DNA of 61,081 bases, filler included, from Nemertoderma westbladi (lineage: Eukaryota > Animalia > Xenacoelomorpha): assembly GCA_032718475.1 (NCBI GenBank). It is 3 parts of 3 records of this genome, joined end to end, with 100 filler letters (N's around TTAATTAATTAA, not from the genome) between each part and the next. Parts side by side here need not be neighbours in the genome. Positions count along the whole stretch, not along the records: positions 28,668 to 51,237 come from JAUCBJ010008000.1; positions 51,338 to 61,081 come from JAUCBJ010005487.1; 1 more part is not named here. One strand, written 5' to 3'. Below, in pieces: positions 37,601 through 51,369 of the stretch (its first letter is position 1; each line of letters opens with the position of its first letter). A program made the position numbers and the translations under genes. The notes below the pieces were generated by a model, which did not search any database, was not told the DNA's origin, and worked only from the letters and a program-made list of their open reading frames with translations.

Positions 37601-40600
37601 GTCATTTATATCCGGATCTTCAGGGTTCACAGTAAGTATGAATTTACTTTATTATTAAATTATATATTACCGTAAAATTTTACTAATAATAATTATTTTT
37701 TGCTGATAAGGAAGTGAAATCGAGAGCATATTGAAAATATGTTACACGTTATTTAACAGAAATATTGTACCATATTGTACCATATTGTACCATATTGTAC
37801 CATATTGTACCATATTGTACCATATTGTACCATATTGTACCATATTGTACCATATTGTACCATATTGTACCATATTGTACCATATTGTACCATATTGTAC
37901 CATATTGTACCATATTGTACCATATTGTACCATATTGTACCATATTGTACCATATTGTACCATATTGTACCATATTGTACCATATTGTACCATATTGTAC
38001 CATATTGTACCATATTGTACCATATTGTACCATATTGTACCATATTGTACCATATTGTACCATATTGTACCATATTGTACCATATTGTACCATATTGTAC
38101 CATATTGTACCATATTGTACCATATTGTACCATATTGTACCATATTGTACCATATTGTACCATATTGTACCATATTGTACCATATTGTACCATATTGTAC
38201 CATATTGTACCATATTGTACCATATTGTACCATATTGTACCATATTGTACCATATTGTACCATATTGTACCATATTGTACCATATTGTACCATATTGTAC
38301 CATATTGTACCATATTGTACCATATTGTACCATATTGTACCATATTGTACCATATTGTACCATATTGTACCATATTGTACCATATTGTACCATATTGTAC
38401 CATATTGTACCATATTGTACCATATTGTACCATATTGTACCATATTGCCGGCCAGCATCTATCAATAATATTTGTATCCCAATGAAAAACCAATATTCAT
38501 ACCGTATTAACTCGAATAAGAGTCTGGGCGTTTAAGTTTATATATAAATTGCCAATTGGGAAGGCGTTTATTCGGGAAGGCGTTTATTCGGGGAAGGCGT
38601 TTATTCGGGGAAGGCGTTTATTCGGGGAGGGCGTTTATTCGGGGAAGGCGTTTATTCGGGGAAGGCGTTTATTCGGGGAAGGCGTTTATTCGGGGAAGGC
38701 GTTTATTCGGGGAAGGCGTTTATTCGGGGAAGGCGTTTATTCGAGGGGGGCATTTATTCGGGGAAGGCGTTTATTCGGGGAAGGCGTTTATTCGGGGAAG
38801 GCGTTTATTCGGGGAAGGCGTTTATTCGGGGAAGGCGTTTATTCGGGGAAGGCGTTTATTCGGGGAAGGCGTTTATTCGGGGAAGGCGTTTATTCGGGGA
38901 AGGCGTTTATTCGGGGAAGGCGTTTATTCGGGGAAGGCGTTTATTCGGGGAAGGCGTTTATTCGGGGAAGGCGTTTATTCGGGGAAGGCGTTTATTCGAG
39001 GGGGGCATTTATTCGGGGAAGGCGTTTATTCGGGGAAGGCGTTTATTCGGGGAAGGCGTTTATTCGGGGAAGGCGTTTATTCGGGGAAGGCGTTTATTCG
39101 GGGAAGGCGTTTATTCGAGGGGGGCATTTATTCGGGGAAGGCGTTTATTCGGGGAAGGCGTTTATTCGGGGAAGGCGTTTATTCGGGGAAGGCGTTTATT
39201 CGGGGAAGGCGTTTATTCGGGGAAGGCGTTTATTCGGGGAAGGCGTTTATTCGGGGAAGGCGTTTATTCGGGGAAGGCGTTTATTCGGGGAAGGCGTTTA
39301 TTCGGGGAAGGCGTTTATTCGGGGAAGGCGTTTATTCGGGGAAGGCGTTTATTCGGGGAGGGCGTTTATTCGGGGAAGGCGTTTATTCGGGGAAGGCGTT
39401 TATTCGGGGAAGGCGTTTATTCGGGGAAGGCGTTTATTCGGGGAAGGCGTTTATTCGAGGGGGGCATTTATTCGGGGAAGGCGTTTATTCGGGGAAGGCG
39501 TTTATTCGGGGAAGGCGTTTATTCGGGGAAGGCGTTTATTCGGGGAAGGCGTTTATTCGGGGAAGGCGTTTATTCGGGGAAGGCGTTTATTCGGGGAAGG
39601 CGTTTATTCGGGGAAGGCGTTTATTCGGGGAAGGCGTTTATTCGGGGAAGGCGTTTATTCGGGGAAGGCGTTTATTCGGGGAAGGCGTTTATTCGGGGAA
39701 GGCGTTTATTCGAGGGGGGCATTTATTCGGGGAAGGCGTTTATTCGGGGAAGGCGTTTATTCGGGGAAGGCGTTTATTCGGGGAAGGCGTTTATTCGGGG
39801 AAGGCGTTTATTCGGGGAAGGCGTTTATTCGAGGGGGGCATTTATTCGGGGAAGGCGTTTATTCGGGGAAGGCGTTTATTCGGGGAAGGCGTTTATTCGG
39901 GGAAGGCGTTTATTCGGGGAAGGCGTTTATTCGGGGAAGGCGTTTATTCGGGGAAGGCGTTTATTCGGGGAAGGCGTTTATTCGGGGAAGGCGTTTATTC
40001 GGGGAAGGCGTTTATTCGGGGAAGGCGTTTATTCGGGGAAGGCGTTTATTCGGGGAAGGCGTTTATTCGGGGAAGGCGTTTATTCGGGGAAGGCGTTTAT
40101 TCGAGGGGGGCATTTATTCGGGGAAGGCGTTTATTCGGGGAAGGCGTTTATTCGGGGAAGGCGTTTATTCGGGGAAGGCGTTTATTCGGGGAAGGCGTTT
40201 ATTCGGGGAAGGCGTTTATTCGAGGGGGGCATTTATTCGGGGAAGACGTTTAAGTTCCAAATTGTGTGGTTCGAGTGGGGGTGTTTGTTTATGTTTTAGA
40301 TTTTCAGCATTTTGAATCTAAATACCCTAATAAAGAATGTTGTTAAATTCAAGAAAACAAGTTAAACAAAATAAATAATTCAAATAAAACTAGGAATATC
40401 TTTATTACACATATTACCGCGGTACAACACCCTAAAATTATATTTACTTCAATTTGGCCTTATATATTAATGACAATCGTGTGCTAGAGGCATCGCTCAC
40501 TAATCGTGGCTCGCCCCACATAGTAATATTATTAAATGTCGGGACGTTTATTCGGCCGGAGGAGTTTAAGTTGCTAATTTGATGGTAAAGTGGGCGTTTA

Positions 40601-42183
40601 GTCGAAGAACTACGGAGTAATATATTGATAAAATTAAATTATTCTTCTTGTTTACCTATTCACTTATAATTAATTGAAACTTTATTTGCATTCGTTTATC
40701 CTAATTGATTTGGCAATAATAATAATTGTATTTACAGGCTAACCAAGGAACCTGGCAGACTATAATCGAATCTCTAGCGAACGCAAACGAGTTGTCTAGA
40801 CTGCGACGCGCGATCGGTCGCAAAGAGATCCCGTACAGCCAATTCGGCCCCCCGAAACGCGGTTCGGTGTTCCGTAACCCGGTCGACAACGGCATCTCGG
40901 TACCCTTCCAGGGTGCCGACTCCAGCGTGGTACGACGCAGTCAGCTGGCCCTCTACAACCTGTACAACGAACACCCCACCCGGTTCAACCCATACTTCAC
41001 CGTCGGTAGTCTCTTCTCCGCATTCCTTCTGGTTGTATTCGGTTCCCTGTTTCTCCTCCTCACGAAGTTTATCTTCGGTCGATATCTTCTCTCCTCCTAC
41101 CCGGAGTTTTTCTCCGGAGGTTTCTTCTCTAAACGCGGTCCGACTCTCAAACAGATTCGCGAAACTTCATTCTCCATGGTGTTTAAAGGTACGTGACTTA
41201 TTGGAGTTTCAGTTTTAATATCGGTATTTATCATCACTTCAACTTGATTGCACCCATACGGCCATCACTATCGGCATCACCATCACATCTGTAGACTAGT
41301 CTAGGAAACGACCTGCCAAAATCCGATGTGGTTTTGGTAAATTTTTATCGATTTAAAAAAAAACAGACAACACAAAGACTACATGTCCATCATGTTGTTG
41401 GGGTAACAGTTGGTTCTTTTTTGGATAACTATTCTCATTGTTTTTAATTTTTTAATTCTCTGGCATTCTCGAGTCTGACTAAAGACGACGACGCCGACGA
41501 CCTATTACTTTGGTAACCCAAAATATTTAAACGGGCTGACTTTTATAAAAAAAACATGGTATACATGACACAGCGGTTAAAATGAAAATGTTCGTAAAGA
41601 TTCTCGGTAAAAATCTATTAGTTAAAAGTTTAGTATAAATGCATGTTGCAGCAAGTAAAATATATGTGTGAGTTAATAGAATTGATATTTAATCTAAATA
41701 AAATTCCTAAAACAATGAAATAAAACTGCAATGATGCTGTATGAGAGTCGTCAATGTTACGTTGGACGCGTAACATTGACGACCAGTAGGAAACTCATTT
41801 AAACTCAATTTAACTCAAAACCAATTCTTATTGAAATTGTAAATACGATTTTTCGGGCCGTTTTTATAATTTAATAATAAATACCGATTAGTTTTTACTT
41901 TATAATTTGTATCTATCTGATTGTCATGGTTACAGGCGAAGGCTACCCGCGTGGTGCGTCAATGGACCAATCGAGACCGAGCAAGCAGCTAACCAGCCGT
42001 GTCATTGGCCCGGAGCCTGGCTACGCGACCACCCCCATTTGCGCCGTCCAATCGGCGCTGTGCGTGTTAGAAGAGTCGTTGCCAGGTAACGGCGGAGTTA
42101 TTACTACCGCCGCCGCTTTTAGTCGCACAAATCTGATAGAAAGGCTCTCCAGTAGGGGAATAAACTTCGTTCTAGAACAGTGA
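28697..42183 (+). CDS. SCCPDH: Saccharopine dehydrogenase-like oxidoreductase, 5'-partial (~363 aa seen), 4 exons
   Basis: Exons 28697-28925, 37466-37631, 40738-41188 and 41936-42183 splice in frame (phases 2, 0, 1). Motifs IINCVGPFRHHGEPVVEACV, HYVDISGEPEFME, VYIVSACGFDSIPAEMG, FFSKRGPT, GPEPGY and GGVITTAAAF. The N-terminal GASGFTG exon is absent and presumably lies beyond the gap. Confidence 0.92.
28913..35273. repeat. 32-bp satellite, ~198 near-identical copies; unit = last 13 nt of a SCCPDH exon + first 19 nt of the intron
   Basis: Unit ggaagtacaatag|gttggtatttatagagctc. The first copy straddles the real donor at 28925/28926. Occasional 36-bp units add gaat. Confidence 0.98.
35274..35780 (-). 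mobile_element. RTE-type LINE fragment, APE endonuclease region
   Basis: IATFDGNPKATVICCYSPTNAS...FYEELTGLIKDIPKHNVKVIVG...LIPTNTTF...KLWTFQYP, frameshifted. Confidence 0.85.
35843..37391. mobile_element. hAT-family non-autonomous element, 1549 bp
   Basis: Perfect 17-bp TIR TAGGGATGTCCCGGAAT / ATTCCGGGACATCCCTA, 8-bp TSD TTCTAGAA (35835-35842, 37392-37399) and subterminal CCGGAAT repeats. Confidence 0.93.
37762..38447. repeat. 10-bp perfect tandem repeat (catattgtac)n, ~68 copies
   Basis: Direct reading; lies in a SCCPDH intron. Confidence 0.98.
38500..40620. mobile_element. Tc1/mariner-like MITE with an internally expanded 17-bp array
   Basis: Begins TACCGTATTAACTCGAATAAG and the right end is degenerate (gtttagtcgaagaactacggag). 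The sequence on both sides of the array matches the reverse complement of the short copy at 58445-58622. Superfamily is inferred from TA-flanked CCGTA ends only. Confidence 0.7.
38557..40252. repeat. 17-bp satellite (ggggaaggcgtttattc)n, ~100 copies, with periodic gaggggggcatttattc variants
   Basis: Direct reading; produces the spurious 588-aa and 565-aa ORFs. Confidence 0.98.
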
Positions 42184-43354
42184 TGAATGTTAGTGACCTG
42201 ACATCTGATTATTCGATATAACAGAGTGTGTTTACTTTCCATTTTATAATATCCCGGAAATTAACTATAATTCCATAATTATTCGGTTTCTGCTATAGTT
42301 TTGATTCGTGTTGGGTGATTTTCTTTAGGCTCACATTGTATAACTTCCTCGGCTACTTATTGTGCTATGTGGTGGGAAAATTGTGTTGACTAATAATATA
42401 TTTTTCGTCGAATTTAGCATACAATTATTTATCTATAGTTAATTAATTAGCGCGGAATTAAGTACTTATTAGTGTTTATATTATTATTTACATTTTGGTC
42501 TATCTTTACCAAACCTAGGACTACAATAACTCAGTTTTCTCGTATTTATCTCTGTTTTCCCTTCTCCTCATACTTTTGCAGTAGTACACCTATAATATAC
42601 CGACCGATAAGTTGCAATAGAGATACATCCACCAGAAACACTTAGTTTGTAACTTTGATTATTTAATACCAAGACCATTCAGTGACTTTTACTGACTTTA
42701 TTATCACTTTATTAATTAACACCATTCTATATTTGTCAGATATAATGTTTCAACGATAATTTGTTCATTAGAAGAAGAGCATATTACAATTTAAGACTCC
42801 CATTTTATATCATTGGGGATATCCAATATATTATTTCAAAGCATCTGAAACGGTATTTAATTTTGTGGACATATTACATTTTTCGTTCCGCATACACCTG
42901 TTGCACATTATGGACTTTGTGAACTAAGTTATCGATACTAATACCCAATTACGTTTACCAACTAAAACTATTCCCAATGCGTTGAAATTTATGTAAACCT
43001 GATTTCAGAAGCGTGACTGGGGGAGGGGGGTGGGTAGGGATATGAGTTGTCCGGAAATATGTTTTTCAAGGAAATTTCCGGAAAAGTATATCACAAGAAT
43101 CAGGACACCGAACCACTTCAACGCCACTCAGCAGGAATCACTTAGTGTTTTGTTTACTCATTATGTATTCGTGTTTTCAGAATGTGTATAAAGTGGGAAA
43201 ACAGCGGGAGGTATTAAATTGTGAAAGAGTTGAAATTGAAAATGTACCGGTATTAATTTCCGAAATAACGTTCAGCCCTAAATGGGGCAGCACTGTTTCG
43301 GCCCGGTGCTTTAAATGCTGCAGACTAGCCCAACCCCGGCTTTCATCCTTAACC

Positions 43355-44151
43355 GGTGGAAGCGTTTACTGTGGAAGATCACCCTTGGTGGTGAACAGGT
43401 ATTCCTTTGGGAAACAGAGTGGAAGGGTTTACTGTGGAAGATCACCCATGGTGGTGAACAGGCATTCCTTTAGGAAACATAGCGGAAGGGTTTACTGTGG
43501 AAGATCACCCATGGTGGTGAACATGTATTCATTTAGGTAACAGAGTGGAAGGGTTTACTGTAGAAGAAGATCACCCATGGCCATGGTGGTGAACAGGCTT
43601 TCATTTAGAGAACAGAGTGGAAGGGTTTACTGTGGAAGATCACCCATGGTGGTGAACAAGATTTCCATTAGGAAACAGAGTGGAGGGGTTTAGTGGAAGA
43701 TCACCCATGGTGATGAACAGGCATTCCTTTAGGAAATAGATTGGAAGAGTTTACTGTAGAAGAAGATCACCCATAGTGGTGAACAGGCATTCATTTAGGA
43801 AACAGAGTGGAAGGGTTTACTGTGGAAGATCACCCATGGTGGTGAACAGGCATTCCTTTAGAGAACAGAGTGGAAGGGTTTACTGTGGAAGATCACCCAT
43901 GGTGGTGAACAAGCTTTCCTTTAGGAAACAGAGTGGAAGGGTTTACTGTGGAAGATCACCCATGGTGGTGAACAGGCATTCCTTTAGGAAACAGAGTGGT
44001 AGGGTTTACTGTGGAAGATCACCCATGGTGGTGAACAAGCTTTCCTTTAGGAAACAGAGTGGAAGGGTTTACTGTGGAAGATCACCCATCCATGGTGGTG
44101 AACAGGCATTCCTTTAGGAAACAGCGTGGAAGGGTTTACTGTGGAAGATCA
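43355..44151. repeat. 63-bp tandem repeat, ~12.5 copies
   Basis: Unit ggaaacagagtggaagggtttactgtggaagatcacccatggtggtgaacaggcattccttta. Confidence 0.95.
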
Positions 44152-44174
44152 CACATGCATATATGAAACACGTT

Positions 44175-44790
44175 CGTGGGGACTTCGCGCAGCACGTAGT
44201 CGGCAAGCCTTGGCATACGGTTTATATAGAGCAAATGGGGCATGTCTAGTTTGGACCCCATATCCCATGCTATAAATGTATTCATTCGAAATACAATCAT
44301 TTGTTAATCCGCTAGGTGGTGTCAAATTGTTATTCTGCAATTTCGTACTTACCAGTGCAGCACTGTACAGCAGTACCGTACCGGTAGGCCTATGTCATTA
44401 CTTCTGAGTCTCTAGCGGATCCCCAATTAAATGTCTTAACTTTTCAATTTCGTAAAAGATAGACTTCATGATTCTCTACAGGCCACCAAAATTTCAGCTC
44501 AGGAAAATGAGGCCTTCCCGAGAAATTTAACATTTTCTAAAAACCACATAATCTGTTGTAGCTGACGTCAGACTGCATGATTTTTCACCAAACTTTACAA
44601 ACTTTCTAAACTTTCTCTCTACTACTTACCTACTAAGTTTGGTTCAATTCCGAACCAGCGATGCAGAGAAATTCGCGTTCAAACATTTACCAGACAGACA
44701 GACGGACGGACAGATAGACAGACGGACATGCCCCATTTGCCCTATATGAACCGTATGCCAAGGCTCGCCGACTACGTGTCTCGCCCCACA
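44175..44790. mobile_element. Non-autonomous element with ~55-bp inverted repeats and an internal (CAGA/CGGA)n tract
   Basis: cacgtagtcggcaagccttggcatacggtttatatagagcaaatggggcatgtc (~44193-44246) is the near reverse complement of ~44725-44778. Superfamily not determined. Confidence 0.7.
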
Positions 44791-46039
44791 GATTGGAAGG
44801 GTTTATAATTTTAATTCTCAATCAATAATTTTTTGCAAAAATATTTTTTATTTCATCTAGAGCAGATTTTTATCAAGATTCCAAATTTGAAAACCGTTTA
44901 GCAAGATCTGTCCTACTTCTCGAGATAATTATGTCCGTTTTACTGTCGGTTTGTCCGTCAGTATGTCTGTCAGTCAATAAAAAACAAACGATATGTCTAA
45001 AAAATTCCATGTATGGGTTTTCGTAGTCGATGACTTCATTTCTGATGTTATTAATCAAATTTGGCGGTTCAGTCTGTATGCCTGTCTGTCAAAATATACC
45101 GACAGTCTGACAGCCAAACAGACAATTTGGAAGTCATCAAATGTTAAAATTGACACTCGAAATGAATTATGCAACCAGGAAAACTCCTATAGCTAAACTT
45201 TTAGCTCAATGCTGTGCCTTTTTCTTATATTTGACAGACAGATAAGTCGGATGGTCAGAAAGACCGACAGACTGACATACAGACAAACTAGATTTCATTA
45301 AAATTGAAAACTGACCTCAGAAATGAAATCAGCGACCAGGAAAACCCCCATAGCAAAATTCTTAGCATGGTTTTATTCTTTCTTGTGTGATACTGTAGAT
45401 ATATTTTGGCAGACATTCTCACATATTCTCACATGGTATTTTTTCATTTCAATGAATTTTAAAATGCTACTCCTCTGCCAATTTTTAATATTTTTTCATG
45501 AAATTTGGACAGAGTAACCACATGCCTGGGATCTTCAAAAGTATTGGTCAGAATTTTAAAATTTTGATCCTAACTAATTTTATTGGCTTCGAAATGTGAA
45601 AAAAGCTAATTAAAAAAAAAAAATAGGAAAATAATAAATTAATTTGATAATAAAATTGTGTAATATTATGGGTTTATTATTATGGGTTATGGGTACACCT
45701 TTAATTACAGTTGCAACAACTCATTTCCAATTTATTTTAAATAATAAAATTGGAAATAATCAATATAAAAAAATTTTGACCAATACTTTTATTCAACCAT
45801 ATATTTATCCTAATTATAAATACGAAATAACTAGTTATATAACTAATGTTTGTACGAAGAGTTAGTGTTTTTAGTAATAGTAATAATTTGAAGCTACTAA
45901 TTAGCACTAAATTATTATAACTATATTACAAAAAAAAATTATTTTTTAAAAAGTTCAGTTATCGATTGACACTTATACCAAAAATTACTCATTTTGGACA
46001 AAGCCTTGCCCTGTTACTATTGGTTTTCATTGACTGTGC

Positions 46040-46860
46040 CATTATAGCGCTAACCCCCCCCCCCCCTCCCCCCCTTTAACTAAAAGATTCTCCCATTCAA
46101 TATAAAATAAATTCTTTCCAACCATTGAGGCGATCGGCTGGTGATTCAGCCTTAACCTTGGTGGTTGGTTGGCTTTTTCGACCAGCAAGCAAGTTGATCG
46201 ATCTCCATGCCTGGGATGATTGCCTGCTGTCGTCAGCATCATTGATGGCATCAACCTGTTAGTTTATTAGCTCCTGTAAATTACCTGAGTACTGCCTGTT
46301 CAGGGACCTAGATGCGGCCTTAACTGCATTCTTGGCCGCTGTAGTCTGTTTGAGTCGGGACTCTTTCTGCGCCTTGTAGAGGTCATTTCGGCACTTCTGA
46401 ATTTTGTTGTCAGTCCAGGGGGCCCGTTTCCTGTTTCGAGGGTATACAGGAACTGTTTCTGCAGCTGCTAACTTAACTGCCTCTGTGAAGGCAGTATAGC
46501 CCTCACAGTGATCTGCCGCCTCAGAGGCAAGAGCCTCATACCTGTTGCTCAGCTGTAGTGTGAAGCTGGATCTCACACTTGGCTGTTGCAACAGAGAGGA
46601 CCAGTCATGCCGCGGCAAGGCAGATTTCGTTGTTCTGCTAGCACGCAGACTAAGTCTTACCTTGGCCACAATAAGGCGGTGATCACTGGAGAAGGGTCGT
46701 AGTGTAAATGCATTACAGTCTTGTATAGAGCTCCTGTATTTCCTACGAAACAGGATATGGTCTATCTGGGACTCGTGACCACTGGGTTCACTATGAGTCC
46801 ATAGCTTTCCAGTTCGCTTCTTGAACTGGGTTCCAGCCGAAAACAATCCATTTCCAGATA
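46040..46860 (-). mobile_element. RTE-type LINE fragment (endonuclease C-terminus and linker)
   Basis: KLWTHSEPSGHESQIDHILFRRKYRSSIQDC...FSSDHRLIVAKVRLSL...LSNRYEAL: APE motifs IDHI and SDH. Confidence 0.9.
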
Positions 46861-47648
46861 TAATAATATTGAATAATAGATAATATAGGTATAATAGATA
46901 ATATTGAAGCCTCAAGTCTTAGTGGTATGTCATTATTGGTACACCAAAATTAGGGCGTGGTTTTTTTCAAAATTTGAATAAGTGCCACTCCCTAATTTTG
47001 GTGCACCAAAAATGTCGAACCACTAAGTCTTCAGGCTTCTATAATACTTTCAATTGATTCAGCGGTCCAGAAAACCTATAAATGTGCGTTGAAATCTCAA
47101 CTTTGGTTTATTTTCCGAATCTCGTGTTTTTCAAAATTTGAAGTGCCACGCCCACTTCTTAGGTGCACGAAAAATAGCATCCAGTTCAATTTTTGGAAAT
47201 GGAATATAATCACATTCGAATCAGCATAGTGAAAAACCTACTAATGCTAGCCAATAATACCACGCTATCAGTTTTTAGAATATCAAAAAAATTTATATTT
47301 TGTCCTGGGACTACTCGTATTTTTCATGAAAATTATTATACCCACGTTATGAAATTTTCATTTTTTTGGATTTTAAAATGTTCTTCGATAATTTTTTCTC
47401 CTACAGCCCAAATTTCGTAGAATTTCATTGGATGATTACAAAAATACAGAGGGGGGGGGGCGAATCGACCCCCCGCCATTGCTGCTAATGGTCTAAACAC
47501 CCCAGTGGTAATAGGGTTAAAATTACGTAACGTCAAAAATCGTTTAAAAAAGCATTACGACCCCTTATCAAAAACTCCCCCACAGCATCGATTGGTTGGA
47601 TAATAAATAGGCCTTCAACAATCCCTGCCGCCGGATTTACCATACTTA

Positions 47649-48720
47649 AGGCCCGTTCACATCCAACGGAACGGTACATCGCGCGGTGTACCGCAGGGCC
47701 AGCGCGGTACACCGCTGACTGTGAACGACCCAACAGGTAGTTGTGGGCTAAACCGCGCGGTTTACCGCAGCCCATTTAAACAATGTTAAAATAATTAATG
47801 TAATTTCCTGTTGATTTCACAGCCGAAAATAAACAATCAGTTACCGCAATGGTACCGTTGGGTGTGAACGGACTCCGGGTAGTGTACTGCTGGCTTACCG
47901 CTTCAATACCGCCAGACTACTTTACGGCAGCTCCAAACCAAAACCCAGTATGTCAATTTTTTTCGAATTCGATTTTTTTCAATGTTTGGGGTTTTTGGGG
48001 GCGTAGAATTCATCTGACTCAGTTTCGAAACCATAGCACTAACCGATTTCGCAGTATTAACAATTAATTAATTAACTAATTAGCTAATTTAGAGCAAACA
48101 CCACGTCGAAACACAGTAATGCTAGTTACTGGGTTTCGTTTACCTTTCTGGTGTATTTTGAAAAAGGTACGCCATCAAAACCAAGTATGTGCTCAAAAAT
48201 CCCGAAATCCTATGCCAAAACCCAGTAACTGTACTTACTGGGTTTCGAGCAAAATTCTTTACTGGGTTTTTACATGGTATTTTCTGAACAAAATCGAGTG
48301 CCAGTTACTTGGTTTTGGCATGGGAAAGGTAACTGGTTGGAAAAGTTAAATGTTAGTTTACTGGGTTTTGGTGTGGGAAAATTAGTTACTGTGTTTTGAA
48401 ATGGGAACCATGACGTTACTGGGTATTGATGCATCAAAAATTACAATTGTTTTCTTTTCTACCATACCAAAACCGTGTAAGTCGATTTATATGAAAAGTA
48501 AGGAATAAATTAAAAAAAAAGTTTTGGCACTAATATATATGTACAATTTGTAAAGGTACACAAAATTATAACTCATCAAATTAAATTTCAACCAAATGTC
48601 AGCTGTTTAAAGTCCAAAAACTTTAAACGCGATATCTCGAAAAGTCCGAAAATGTACTTACTGGGTTTTGGTTTGGAGCTGCCGTTTACCGCTCACGCAC
48701 CGTTGGATGTGAACGGGGCT
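47649..48720. mobile_element. PIF/Harbinger-like MITE with a nested insertion
   Basis: TIR AGGCCCGTTCACATCCAACGG / CCGTTGGATGTGAACGGGGCT and 3-bp TSD TTA (47646-47648, 48721-48723). Confidence 0.85.
47925..48684. mobile_element. MITE, 760 bp, nested inside the Harbinger-like element
   Basis: Perfect 26-bp TIR CGGCAGCTCCAAACCAAAACCCAGTA / TACTGGGTTTTGGTTTGGAGCTGCCG, flanked by TTTA on both sides, with internal TTACTGGGTTT repeats. Confidence 0.88.
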
Positions 48721-51237
48721 TTAGGGGACATTCTTCGAATACCGGACTGGAATGTACGTAAACGATATAGCGATGGTGATGGTCCAGTGATATTGTCGAC
48801 CACGGTCACGTGATATTAAACAAGGCCAGGTGTTTTAACCTGGTACGGGGTGGGATGCGTAAAGAATGAAGTCCAGGAACTGTGATAACAAATTGACGAA
48901 TTGGACAGATATTGCCTGTAACAAACTTACTGTATATATATGTATATTGTGTCGATAAGCATATAAACCCACAAAATGTGAATGTCAAATTTGAAGTGGA
49001 CATTGTGATTGTAGTGGAGTGGGGTGGTAGATATATATACAATACACTGTAGCAGAAATGCAATGCAATCTAGAGGTTTAGATGGGCAGGCACCTCATTG
49101 TATTTCATTCAAAGATTCTACAGTAACAAAATGTGAAATTATTTTTTTAGCAGAAACGCCACAGATAACAGATATACCATCTACCATGGTTGGGGAACCA
49201 TCTTCAAAAAGATTCGACGTATGCGTTAGTTTATTGATTTGAAATATCCATGGCATGTTGGAATTCATCTGCGGAACGTGTCATGGCCTGAGATTTAGAT
49301 TAATGAATGACTATTTGCTACTGAAACTTCAAAGCAATTATATTATATATTACGCAACATTTCAAATGTATCATTCAACTAATATGTAATGGAATGGTGC
49401 GGCGGGCGGGATATTCTTGAGTAAGGCAAATATTTGCGAATAATAATAGATTAACTTGGAAAATAATAGTCTTTAAAAATGAAATAAAATTAGCAAAAAA
49501 AACCCTATCCCTCGGTGTTAACCCATTTCCAACCTTGGGCCCATAATTCCACATAATTTTAATGTAAGCAACAATTATTAAGGAATAATTAGAGGTAGAC
49601 TCCAATAGGAGCGCCGGTTCTACTGCTGCTCTAAATAATCGAATCTATAACATAATGCCAGACGATAGGAAATCAGTAACAATATTATAAAGCAAATTTT
49701 CTTTGTGTTTAATGAAGAAATTAACAGTTTAAACAAGTCACTAAATCTAAATCCCCCCCCCCCCCCCCCCCCCCCCCCCCGAGTGCATTACATAATAATT
49801 GAATGTGTCATACGACAAAAAACTGTGTACACTGTCAGCTTGAATTTACCAAATAATAATAATACTCAGATAAAGCTAGGTATGTAAATGTCATACAAAG
49901 TCCACAATATCCATTACTTAATGAGGAAAATATGATCTTCTTAAAAAAAACTGATTTATAGTAATAAACAAGTAGTTGCGATGGTAGTCTCACAAGGAAA
50001 CTAATAAAACTGAGAATCTCTGAGTAAACTATAAATGAGTAGGTTCCAACGTAGAGTAGCTTCTATCCTTAGTTTGCAGCAATGTTGTTTAGGGAACTTT
50101 ATGGCCGTAAGAAGGAACGCTTAATCATTCTACTCCGCCCAATTCTCCATCATCATCATTCGCTGAGGTATTCTCAAGGGGGTTGTATTTTAGCAACGCA
50201 GTCTGAATTATATTCCTCTTGGTAAACACACCCCCACCTGCGAGAAAACATATTGGACATCCGTAAACGTATAAGAGAGACAACTTACAGTGCACAACTT
50301 CTACCTGTCACCACTAGCGATAAGAGACGATGCACAATTTCTACCTGTCTTCACTAGCGGTAACAAACAACGCAAAACTTATACCTGTAACCACTAGCGA
50401 TAACAGTCAAGGCACTAATTCCATATTCCCATAGTCCTCATTGATATCGGTGGATATGGTTATGGACAACCTACCAAGTGGAAGTGTTTAAGCTAAAATT
50501 CGGTGAAAACAAAAGGCATACTAATGTATTTTGAATTCTCAACGTAGTTAACAATAACACTAACTTATCGTCTCTAGATCTTATTGACCATCGCTCGCTG
50601 CGCTCGTTTGGTAAATAACACATATTGATAAGATAGGTAAATAACTCCTGATGTATTTACAGGACAGATATACAGAGTTACTTCGCATATTACTACTATC
50701 TTATCAAGGTTTCACAGTTTTCACAAGATCGTTTGCACAAAGGTGTATAGTTAGTTACACAACAGCATTACAAAGCAGGACAAATTGGGTACAAATTTCG
50801 GGCAGTTATCTTGATTTCATAATATTTACCATAATTTGTTTTAATGAAAAAAAAAAACTTGTCATTTTTTAAATTTCTTAATTAAGAAAATCGACAATTA
50901 TCAAATAGAAAATGAAAATACAGGGTGGCCCACTAAATTGGATATATACTTTTTGTATTTTGATTTGTGCAGCTCTTCATATTAATAATTTTCAATCAGT
51001 GATTTTCAGGCTATTTGAAGAATATCCTGTACGCCTCACACGTTAACCAGCATTGAACAGCTCATATTCGCGATTGAAGAGGCCTTCGCCCACTATTCCC
51101 TCTCTCGTGTTTTTGGCTCATATATATATTTATATATATATTTCAGCAATAGAATGCCATAGTCTAAAATTAAAATACCTACAGGATATATAAATACAGT
51201 AGTACTAATAAAATTAATTACCGGTATATAATCGTAT

Positions 51238-51337
51238 NNNNNNNNNNNNNNNNNNNNNNNNNNNNNNNNNNNNNNNNNNNNTTAATTAATTAANNNNNNN
51301 NNNNNNNNNNNNNNNNNNNNNNNNNNNNNNNNNNNNN
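51238..51337. other. Artificial assembly linker (44N + TTAATTAATTAA + 44N)
   Basis: Same 100-nt structure as 28568-28667. Confidence 0.97.
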
Positions 51338-51369
51338 CAACCATCAATTCGTTGTTCAAGTGATTTAGT

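Noticed and set aside
37731-40315. Long ORFs of 236-588 aa
   Set aside because: They are translations of stop-free 10-bp and 17-bp tandem repeats inside a SCCPDH intron, open in several frames at once.
43145-44117. Repeat protein from the 63-bp (21-codon) array
   Set aside because: Stops and indels interrupt the frame, and there is no splice or start context.
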